In this document: in pieces, positions 16,457-23,811 of the stretch | Numbering within the stretch: the stretch's first letter is position 1 | How the letters are laid out: the number at the start of each line of letters is the position of its first letter | Origin: a virus | Taxonomy: Duplodnaviria > Caudoviricetes | Reading direction: 5' to 3' (one strand) | Length of the DNA: 25,296 nucleotides | IMG/VR virus record: IMGVR_UViG_3300046813_000016 | Coordinates: 1 to 25,296 of that record | The notes under the pieces: model-generated | Databases searched by the model: none | The model's input: only the letters and a program-made list of their open reading frames with translations | What the model was told of the DNA's origin: nothing | Made by a program: the position numbers and the translations under genes

Positions 16457-16681
16457 TCAGCGGGGGAGTCTGGGTCCGTAGCCTAGTAGCCGAACGTTCC
16501 GCGCGTTCTGTACCTGCATCCGAGCGAATCCATAGCAGCGGTCGCGCCGCTCTGCTGCTGCCTCGTTCAGTTCCAGAAAGACGACGACGACAGCGTATGG
16601 CGCATTTCTGGCCATTGTACGGAGGTAGCGCTGTTCCTCGTAGCCTACCTTGGCCTGCCTCATTCGTTGATTCAGCCTCAC
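16457..16681 (-). CDS. Hypothetical protein, first gene of the early operon
   Basis: AGGAGG RBS before GTG 16681. Confidence 0.5.
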   Translation of the reverse strand: MRLNQRMRQAKVGYEEQRYLRTMARNAPYAVVVVFLELNEAAAERRDRCYGFARMQVQNARNVRLLGYGPRLPR

Positions 16682-16788
16682 GTCGTCCCCTCCTTTTGCA
16701 TTTTGCAAGTAGTCTTGCATTTTGCCCGGTCATTGTGACCGAAACAGGCCTAATTCGGCCATTCAGCTGTTTTATTGCAAGAAGCGTG

Positions 16789-17084
16789 CCATCCATCCAT
16801 CCATCCACACACACAGCTTTCAGGGGGGTACACTGTGACTATGTATTGGGTAATTAGGGTGGGTGAGACTGGATGATTGAGGGAGGGTATTTAAGGGAGG
16901 GTGTGTGAGTCTGGTTGGTAGTTGTTTAGAAAAAAAAAAAAGAACAGAACTATACTACCCTCCTAATACCAATCTACGACGGTTACTCAATTTGGCATAA
17001 TGAGGGTCTATCAGACCTAATTACACAGTTACATGGTGTGTGTACCCCTCTGAAACCTGTATGTATGGCTGGATGGATGTATGG
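16789..17084. repeat. Imperfect ~70-bp inverted repeat (16789-16858 / 17016-17084) around an A12 tract; candidate origin or terminus region
   Basis: 39/45 identity over the outer part; both arms end in GTAATTAGG half-sites; A12 at 16930-16941 is at the symmetry centre. Confidence 0.8.
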
Positions 17085-17118
17085 AGCATTTACCCTAACA
17101 GAGCAGAGTTTCATTACC

Positions 17119-17139
17119 CTAATTACCCCGAGTAATTTA
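17119..17139. repeat. Palindrome variant CTAATTAC-CCCGA-GTAATTTA (site 5)
   Basis: One perfect arm and one degenerate arm, within a TTAC(C)-rich tract. Confidence 0.8.
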
Positions 17140-17222
17140 CCCAAAACCGGCAGCCTTACCTTACTCTGCCTTACTTACCCCCTAGTTACCCATATGAGGC
17201 TGACGAGCTCAATCGAGGGCAC

Positions 17223-17256
17223 AAAAAAGGCCTGACCCTTTCGGGCCAGACCCTTT
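17223..17256 (-). terminator. Rho-independent terminator
   Basis: GGUCUGGCCC-GAAA-GGGUCAGGCC followed by U6, just after the stop of 17271..17822. Confidence 0.88.
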
Positions 17257-17270
17257 CTGTTCAGTCCAGA

Positions 17271-17822
17271 CTACTTCTTCTTGCCGGTCGTCGCAGCCGG
17301 CTGCCCGGTCGCCTGAGCCGGAGCCGGAGTCTCGGTCGGAGCCGGAGCGGCCGCCGGAGCCGCAGGCTTGACGTTGAGGGCGGCCATCTTCTCGTCATAC
17401 AGCTTCCGCTGCTCGGGAGTCAGCGTCGAGAGGAAGTCGTCGCCGAGGGCCGCCGTGACCTTCGCCGCCGAAGGCTTGGCCGAACCCGTCGAGGCTCCAC
17501 GGACCCGAACCTGACCGTACTTGAAGCTGGCCGCACCGGCCCGAATCTTCTCGACGGTCGCACCCTCTTCCTGCGCGTCTTCCTTCGCATTCTTCTGGAC
17601 GTTCAGGGCGTGCGCCTGATTGAACACGGCCACCGCATTCTTCCGGGCAACCTCGGACAGCTTGCCCTCGATGGCCGAAACGGCGGAGACGTCTTCCGTC
17701 GAGCCACCCGCCGCTCCGATGACTTCCGCCAGCGTGGACGGAACCTGAAACGGAACGGTCACACCGTCGAACTGGGCCGGAACCTCGGTTCCCTTTTTCA
17801 GGGTGTAGATGCGCTCCTGCAT
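17271..17822 (-). CDS. Monocistronic Ala-rich protein of unknown function
   Basis: AAGGAG RBS, own terminator, A/P-rich tail ending KKK. Confidence 0.8.
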   Translation of the reverse strand: MQERIYTLKKGTEVPAQFDGVTVPFQVPSTLAEVIGAAGGSTEDVSAVSAIEGKLSEVARKNAVAVFNQAHALNVQKNAKEDAQEEGATVEKIRAGAASFKYGQVRVRGASTGSAKPSAAKVTAALGDDFLSTLTPEQRKLYDEKMAALNVKPAAPAAAPAPTETPAPAQATGQPAATTGKKK

Positions 17823-18001
17823 GGTAATTCTCCTTTTGGTAAGTGAGCCTGCATGTCAAACAGCATGGGGCGGTCATTCGCCAACCCCGTTTGGTAACCC
17901 CTCCATATGCACACCTCGTGCCAGACCCTCCGATTTGCGTAAGTCGTTACGCCACAACGAGTTACGGGCTCGGTCATAATGTCCAGCACGGAATCAGTAC
18001 C

Positions 18002-18071
18002 GCAAAATGCGAGGAGTCGTGCATAATGCGAAAGCTGGCATAATGCGACAGCCAGTCCTTGCATAATGCGA
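18002..18071 (+). repeat. Four direct repeats of GCAWAATGCGA
   Basis: Copies at 18002, 18021, 18038 and 18061. Confidence 0.8.
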
Positions 18072-18440
18072 AATGCTACGGTATCGGATTGTCAGCCTAT
18101 TGAACTATTCAGTTTGTGAACTAATGCTGGATCAACTATTCGAGCGCGCATGGGTGGGAGGTAAACGATACGGTAACTGCATGGTATAGCAACCTGACTA
18201 ATAACCCTGCATCCATTGACGCAGCAGATGATGACGTGGGGATGATTGATTGCTGAATAGTTGATCAGTCAAGCAATCCAGCCCGCCGAGGCAGAGTGCC
18301 GACCCCAAAAACGAGCGGCCGCCAAATGCCTAATACTTCCACTATCTACCACATAGATCAGGCCGAAGTTACCCCTGACTTCCGCGAGCCCCAAAAAAGG
18401 ACATACCCGACTCCGACACTGGCGAGGTTGCGGCCAAAGG

Positions 18441-18469
18441 TTGACTTCCTAGCCAGAAAGTGTTAAGTA
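18441..18469 (+). promoter_or_regulatory. Putative promoter for the rightward (packaging) arm
   Basis: TTGACT-17 bp-TAAGTA with TGn; shares TGTTAAGT with the promoter at 7030-7058. Confidence 0.5.
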
Positions 18470-18536
18470 TCAGTTACTGAACGCGTGCACGTTCTATTTC
18501 CCCGCACAAAGTCCCGGCAGAGCCGGAGGAGCCTCG

Positions 18537-18725
18537 ATGCCAAGCAAGTCTGCAGGAACGCCGTCCTCGAAGTCGGCTGGTGGACGCTCCGCGAAGCCGC
18601 AGTCTGGGGCCGGCGCGGGCAAGGGAACCGGAGGCGCCAAGCAGATCAACCGTATCTCCAAGACCAACGCAGCCACTGGAAAGGGCTCCAAGCAGCCCCC
18701 TCGCGGTTCTCCGCGCGGCCAGTAA
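18537..18725 (+). CDS. Small basic G/S/K-rich protein
   Basis: GGAGGAG RBS. Confidence 0.65.
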   Translation: MPSKSAGTPSSKSAGGRSAKPQSGAGAGKGTGGAKQINRISKTNAATGKGSKQPPRGSPRGQ

Positions 18726-18731
18726 TCTGCA

Positions 18732-19064
18732 ATGGTCGAGAAAAAGGCGCTGAAGGCTCTGAATGACGCGATCGAGCTTCCTCTGGAGCGTGAGGAAAGT
18801 GGCTACGCGTCAATTCAGTATGGAGCCTTCGGAGAAGATGGCGTCACGGCAGCCACAGGGACTGTCGTTGTCGAAGTCTCGAACAACGGCGTCGAGTGGT
18901 ATCCGCTGAAGCTGACCAAGAACGACAACACTGTCGTGGACAATCTGCTGGCAGCCGGAATCGCCCAGGCCTTTTACGCCGGCTATAACGCTGTCAGAGC
19001 TCGGATGTCTGTGATCGGTGGTGCTCAGGGGGTGATGGTGTCCCTCGGAATGCGCTCGACGTGA
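18732..19064 (+). CDS. Hypothetical protein, possibly a virion beta-sandwich
   Basis: GTVVVEVSNNGVEW...YNAVRAR pattern. Confidence 0.65.
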   Translation: MVEKKALKALNDAIELPLEREESGYASIQYGAFGEDGVTAATGTVVVEVSNNGVEWYPLKLTKNDNTVVDNLLAAGIAQAFYAGYNAVRARMSVIGGAQGVMVSLGMRST

Positions 19065-19124
19065 TCCTTGTTGGGAAGAGTGGCAGAAATACTGTCACAG
19101 ATGGCCCCAGTAACGGTCCGAGTG

Positions 19125-19145
19125 CTAATTACCCGACGTAATTAG
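19125..19145. repeat. Palindrome CTAATTAC-CCGAC-GTAATTAG (site 6)
   Basis: Perfect arms; intergenic. Confidence 0.9.
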
Positions 19146-19170
19146 TACGGAGGCCCAACAGGAGAAGGAA

Positions 19171-19791
19171 ATGGCTGACGACAAGACTGCCCCGGAGACC
19201 CCGCTCCAGCCCGAGGAGCATCGTGTCAAGGTTCTGGCGCAGACCTCCGCTGGAATCGGCACCGCCGCAGGTCAGGAACGTGCTCGAATCCACGAAGGAG
19301 CGGAAGACGAACGTCCTACGGAACGGGGCTCCACCATTCCGATTGTGGGAGGAAACCCGAAACCAGACTTTCCGCCGCACACGGCACCAGCTCCGATCGG
19401 CGCTCAGGCCGAACCGTCGCAGTTTTCGACGAATGGCAGCCTTCCGGTCGGAATGGTAGCCAGTCCTTCTGGCTCGGTTCCGGTCTCGGCTGTCACGAGT
19501 GACCCGCATCAGGGTGCGAAGCTGGTGCAGGAGAACCTCGACTCGGCAGCGAAGGCATCGCTGAAGTCTGGTGCGACGAAGCTCAGCCGCGCCAAGATCG
19601 AGTCCATGTCCGCCGGCGAGCTGCGGGCAGTCGCGCAGGATCGGGGCTACGACATCGGAGACTATTCCGGCGCTCGTCGGACTCGTCTGCGGTTCATCGC
19701 CCAGCAGAATCAGGACGAGGGACTGGAACAGAACACGGATGATGCTCCGGAAACAGAGCCCTCGTCGGACTCGCCCAGCGGTAACGTCTGA
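19171..19791 (+). CDS. Largely disordered protein with a C-terminal Rho-N/HeH-like motif
   Basis: AGGAG RBS; IESMSAGELRAVAQDRGYDI. Confidence 0.7.
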   Translation: MADDKTAPETPLQPEEHRVKVLAQTSAGIGTAAGQERARIHEGAEDERPTERGSTIPIVGGNPKPDFPPHTAPAPIGAQAEPSQFSTNGSLPVGMVASPSGSVPVSAVTSDPHQGAKLVQENLDSAAKASLKSGATKLSRAKIESMSAGELRAVAQDRGYDIGDYSGARRTRLRFIAQQNQDEGLEQNTDDAPETEPSSDSPSGNV

Positions 19792-19797
19792 TCAACG

Positions 19798-19889
19798 CTG
19801 ATTTCCTAGCAGGTATCTGTTTAGCACAATGGGTTCGTCTCCTCTCCCACTGATGCTATTCGGCTCTGCCTGCTAGGAAACCAGTTTTT
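19798..19889 (+). terminator. Long (~87-nt) hairpin followed by U5
   Basis: TTTCCTAGCAGG/CCTGCTAGGAAA outer stem; TAGCA/TGCTA and TGGG/CCCA inner stems. Confidence 0.6.
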
Positions 19890-19903
19890 CTCTTGCCCTC
19901 TTT

Positions 19904-20662
19904 ATGGCCTATACTGCTGAAGACATCGAGTCCGCTTTGGTGGGAGATGATCCTGTTCCTGGGATCAATCTCTCCAATCCCGGTCGTGTTCTGAAGCGTC
20001 AGGCTCTCGACGAATTGATGGCCAGGGCTATGTCAGGACTCCTTCCGCGCAATCGGGAGTTGAAGTCCTGGGAGCCCGACATGCTCGATGAACGGCATAT
20101 CACAGCAATCTGCATGAGAGCCTCCGGGCTCCAGCAGGGTGTGATTGCCAAGGCGCTTGGGTGGACAGAAAGCTGGACGTCTATCGTCCTGAATCACCCA
20201 GATGCACAGTACATCCTGACCAAGATTGTTAGCTATGCGGCAGATGAAGTGCTGGACATCCAGACTCGCATCAAGGCTCATGCCGGCGAGGCACTGGATA
20301 AGGTGGTCGAGGTAATGCGGACCACGCAGGACCAGCGACTTGCCTCTGCAAACGCGTTCGAGATTCTCAAGATGGCTGGATATTCGGCTGTCGAGAAGAA
20401 GGATGTGAAGGTTACCACCATCTCGGTTCCCATCGAATCTGCGAATCTCCTGAGCGCAGCCATTCAGGAGTCGAGTGCCATCAGGGCTATCCCTGGGGTA
20501 GACTATCGCGTGACCAGTTCTTCGGTGCCTGGGAGTGTCGGCAGTGAATCTCCTGCAACCTCTGCGAATTCCGGTCGTCAGGGCTCTGATCAGCCTCCCG
20601 TCAGTGGCTCTCAGGTATCCGAGGAAACTCTCCATGATGGCTCACGAGTGAGGGTAGCATGA
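19904..20662 (+). CDS. Putative terminase small subunit (HTH)
   Basis: HTH-like ASGLQQGVIAKALGWTESWTSIVLNHP; RLASANAFEILKMAG; upstream of TerL. Confidence 0.65.
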   Translation: MAYTAEDIESALVGDDPVPGINLSNPGRVLKRQALDELMARAMSGLLPRNRELKSWEPDMLDERHITAICMRASGLQQGVIAKALGWTESWTSIVLNHPDAQYILTKIVSYAADEVLDIQTRIKAHAGEALDKVVEVMRTTQDQRLASANAFEILKMAGYSAVEKKDVKVTTISVPIESANLLSAAIQESSAIRAIPGVDYRVTSSSVPGSVGSESPATSANSGRQGSDQPPVSGSQVSEETLHDGSRVRVA

Positions 20663-20847
20663 GAGGTAGCCTTATCTTCATCGAGGATGACCTCTACGTA
20701 GGCCAGCCTATGGTCACTCGGGTGCTGATTACCCCGAGTAATAAGGGTATCGGTGGTTCTGAGCCCTTACCCAGCCCAGCCCGCTCCACGCCAGACTCGC
20801 CGCCGCACGGAACCCCTGAAACCCCCGCAGTTGGAGAGACACGATGA
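20659..20847 (+). CDS. Hypothetical protein
   Basis: ATGA overlaps at both ends. Confidence 0.45.
   Translation: MRGSLIFIEDDLYVGQPMVTRVLITPSNKGIGGSEPLPSPARSTPDSPPHGTPETPAVGETR
20725..20745. repeat. Palindrome variant CTGATTAC-CCCGA-GTAATAAG (site 7)
   Basis: One mismatch per arm, with the common CCCGA spacer. Confidence 0.75.
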
Positions 20848-21524
20848 GGGCTATGGCGCTTGTTACTGCGACAGAGCCGACTCTACGTGGCTTTGACTGC
20901 AATCGTCCACTCACGGCAGCGATTGCCAGAGAGGCGATTCTGAAGAAGTATCGCTTCGTGATGCGCTACATTCGGCGCGATCCAGTCAATTCGTACGATC
21001 TGTCACCAGCCGAACTACGCACCATCGTCGAGGCCGGACTAGGCTGCGGCGTTGTTCAGCATGTAGCTGCCGAGGATGAGTGGCGTCCCTCGCGTGAACT
21101 GGGCAAGCAGTATGGAGGCACGGCTGCCAAAGATGCTCAGCGCATCGGGATTCCCACTGGAGCCTCGGTGTTCTGCGATCTGGAGGGCGTGCATCCTGAC
21201 CTACTTCATGCTCCGAACGTTATCATAGCCTATGCTAATGCTTGGTATGATGAGGTTCGACTGCATGGCTATGTTCCGGCGCTCTATGTAGGCTGGCACT
21301 CTGGTCTGACGCCCCAGCAGCTGTATGCTAATCTCAAGTTTTCACAGTACTGGGGTGGCTACAATCTGGATCGTGACCTTGAGCCAGCGGTCCGTGGCCT
21401 CAGTATGAAGCAGTATGTAGCCAAGCCCAGTGAGCTTCTTACTGGATTCACTGCTCAGACGATGGATACTGACATCGTAACGCGCGATAGGAAGGGTGGA
21501 ACCCCCTTCTTTACGATGCTCTGA
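20844..21524 (+). CDS. DUF1906 (Rv2525c/GH25-like) peptidoglycan hydrolase, probable endolysin
   Basis: GFDC, YRFVMRY, LSPAEL..AGL, VFCDLEG, GYVPALYVG, KQY and MDTD motifs. Confidence 0.82.
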   Translation: MRAMALVTATEPTLRGFDCNRPLTAAIAREAILKKYRFVMRYIRRDPVNSYDLSPAELRTIVEAGLGCGVVQHVAAEDEWRPSRELGKQYGGTAAKDAQRIGIPTGASVFCDLEGVHPDLLHAPNVIIAYANAWYDEVRLHGYVPALYVGWHSGLTPQQLYANLKFSQYWGGYNLDRDLEPAVRGLSMKQYVAKPSELLTGFTAQTMDTDIVTRDRKGGTPFFTML

Positions 21525-23044
21525 TGGCTTCTGCGGCTGAAGTCCTTGAGGAAGTGATTTCCCTTCCCTCCGATCAAATAACCTTCCTGCGAGATGTAGC
21601 AAAGCGTGATCTGTATGCTCTCTCGAAGGGTATTTTAGGCTACAAAGACGTCAATCCAGCCACGCACGGGGACTTCTGCCGCTTTATTGAGTCAGAGCCT
21701 AAGCGCAGGCGGCTGGAATTGATGCCTAGAACACACCTGAAGAGTACTATCGCGACAGTTAGCGACAGTATTCGACTGGTTCTACAAGATCCCGATGAAG
21801 CTCGTATCCTGATTGCCGGCGAAACAGCTACCACAGCTGAAAAGTTTCTCGCCGAGATCAAAGGTCACTGGGAAAAGAACAAGCTTCTTCGTACCCTTTT
21901 CCCTGAGCTTGTACCACCAAGACTGGCTGGACCTGGCGTCAAGTGGTCTGCAAACATTGCCAGTATCAATCGCGTCAAGGACTATCGTGAGGGTAGTTGG
22001 AATGCTATTGGTGTAGGTGGTGCGGCCGTAGGATCTCACTTCAACAGAATCAAGTGCGATGACCTGATTGGGTTGGAAGCGTATCGTAGTCCTGCTGCCA
22101 TGGAAGCTGCGATTGCGTGGGTCAGCAACATCGACTCAATGCTGATTGACCAGCACAAGGACATCATCGACTACATCGGTACACGCTGGGCCAGACGCGA
22201 TCTGTACAACTTCGTGATGGAGCTGTATGGAGATCGAATGGCAGTCTTCCTTCGTGAAGCTATCGAGAATGGAAAGATAATCTTTCCCGAGAAGCACTCG
22301 ATGGAAGAGTACGAAACGATGCAGCAGAAAACTCCGCTCATCTGGTACGCGCAGTACTGCAATAACCCGCTTGCTGGTGGTCAGAACGACTTCCCAGCCG
22401 GCTGTATCCAGACATTCTCGTTCAATACTGATGGTGATGTAGTCCTGTACAAGGACAATGACCGAGTAGTCTGGAAGTTGGAAGATCTGGATCGAGTTGT
22501 TCTGGCTGATCCGAACTCAGGGAGTCTCCTAGCGCCGGATACAGCATCAATTCTCAGCACAGGTGTCACGCCTGATAATGACATCGTAGTGTTGAGCGCA
22601 TGGTCTGGACGTGTCTCTCCGTCAGATTTTGTCGATAGGCTGTTTGATACCTGGAAGCGGTGGCGTCCTCGTGTAGTTGGCGTCGAGAAAGCTGGCCAGC
22701 AAAACACACAGCACTACTTCGACAAGAAGCTGGAAGAGGAAGAAATCTACATTCGTGTAGAACCTCTCAATCCGAAGAACAGAAACAAGATCGACAGGAT
22801 ACGGACTGCGCTTGAGCCACTGTTCCGTTCCCGAAAGATCTATATGCTGTCGACGCAGACAACACTTCGGAAGGCTGCTGACGAGTTCCCTGACACTCAT
22901 CCGATTGACGAACTAGACGCTCTCGCCTACGGTACAGAGGATGGCATGTGGCGCAGACCTCTGCGACAGAAGGATCAAGACGAGAACAATCGAGTTCTGC
23001 AGTTGGTCATGAGGAGCCGAAGGAACAAACGAACGGGGTACTGA
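21524..23044 (+). CDS. terL: Terminase large subunit
   Basis: MPRTHLKST Walker-A variant, GSHFNRIKCDDL Walker B, IGTRW, AQYCNNP; nuclease motifs LADP, VEK and DELDAL. Confidence 0.93.
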   Translation: MASAAEVLEEVISLPSDQITFLRDVAKRDLYALSKGILGYKDVNPATHGDFCRFIESEPKRRRLELMPRTHLKSTIATVSDSIRLVLQDPDEARILIAGETATTAEKFLAEIKGHWEKNKLLRTLFPELVPPRLAGPGVKWSANIASINRVKDYREGSWNAIGVGGAAVGSHFNRIKCDDLIGLEAYRSPAAMEAAIAWVSNIDSMLIDQHKDIIDYIGTRWARRDLYNFVMELYGDRMAVFLREAIENGKIIFPEKHSMEEYETMQQKTPLIWYAQYCNNPLAGGQNDFPAGCIQTFSFNTDGDVVLYKDNDRVVWKLEDLDRVVLADPNSGSLLAPDTASILSTGVTPDNDIVVLSAWSGRVSPSDFVDRLFDTWKRWRPRVVGVEKAGQQNTQHYFDKKLEEEEIYIRVEPLNPKNRNKIDRIRTALEPLFRSRKIYMLSTQTTLRKAADEFPDTHPIDELDALAYGTEDGMWRRPLRQKDQDENNRVLQLVMRSRRNKRTGY

Positions 23045-23046
23045 CA

Positions 23047-23487
23047 ATGACTCTACTTGCGGAGGGTGCGGTTGACCCAAAGCAGCTCAACGACTGGCTA
23101 GTTCTCGGCGTTCTGGCAGTTGGCTGGATTGTTAGTCTCACTACTCTCTGGAATAAGACTACCACCAAAGTCAATGGACTGGGTGGACGAGTCAGGAAAG
23201 TAGAAGATCAGTGTAGCGCAACAGGTGGCCGCATGGACCGCTTCGAACGAGAGCTCGCGGAGTATCGGCGAGACGCACAGGATGCTGTGGGTCGTTTGGG
23301 CAGGCTCGAGAAGGCAGTCGAGGATGTTATCGAGACTGTCAACCAAGGTAATCTGCAACTTGGCTCACAGTTGCATGGTATCGAGCGCCTGATCAACGAG
23401 AAAGATGGCGCTAATCGTGAGCGGCTGGTACGGCTGGAAACTGTTTCGGCGATCGAGAAGAAAATCGGACCCCTTTCATCGAGGTAG
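23047..23487 (+). CDS. Membrane-anchored coiled-coil protein (lysis/holin-associated)
   Basis: N-terminal TM segment WLVLGVLAVGWIVSL followed by a coiled coil. Confidence 0.65.
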   Translation: MTLLAEGAVDPKQLNDWLVLGVLAVGWIVSLTTLWNKTTTKVNGLGGRVRKVEDQCSATGGRMDRFERELAEYRRDAQDAVGRLGRLEKAVEDVIETVNQGNLQLGSQLHGIERLINEKDGANRERLVRLETVSAIEKKIGPLSSR

Positions 23488-23489
23488 AT

Positions 23490-23783
23490 ATGAAGCTGCC
23501 CTCTTTTTCGGGCGTACTGAAGTCCATTGGCCCTCGTCTGGTCGGCATCATCTGTGCTGGTGCGGCAACCTATCTCGGCACGAAGTCGAATGGTGCTGTC
23601 ACGATCGACGCTGGCCAGCTGACTGAGGTTGTCATGGGAGCACTGGCGTCGTATGCCGTCGCTCACCGTGCAGCCTCGACGGTCATCAACCCTGGCGATG
23701 CGTCGACTGGCCGTATCGCTGATGCGGAGAAGAACGCGGCTGATACAGGTACGACGGTGAAGGTCGCTCCGTCTACCAAGTAA
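23490..23783 (+). CDS. Putative holin
   Basis: 97 aa, two hydrophobic segments, GAGG RBS. Confidence 0.55.
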   Translation: MKLPSFSGVLKSIGPRLVGIICAGAATYLGTKSNGAVTIDAGQLTEVVMGALASYAVAHRAASTVINPGDASTGRIADAEKNAADTGTTVKVAPSTK

Positions 23784-23788
23784 TTTTC

Positions 23789-23809
23789 CTAATTACTCGG
23801 GGTAATTAG
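23789..23809. repeat. Palindrome CTAATTAC-TCGGG-GTAATTAG (site 8)
   Basis: Perfect arms; 2 nt before the portal GTG. Confidence 0.9.
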
Positions 23810-23811
23810 AA

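Noticed and set aside
17200-17228. Hammerhead-like CTGACGA followed by a CTC-AATC-GAG hairpin
   Set aside because: The required GAAA after stem II is absent (GGCACAAAA follows), and no stems I/III were found.
18018-18071. GCATAATG resembles the XerC arm of a dif site
   Set aside because: No XerD arm (TTATGTTAAAT-like) follows any copy; they are tandem repeats.
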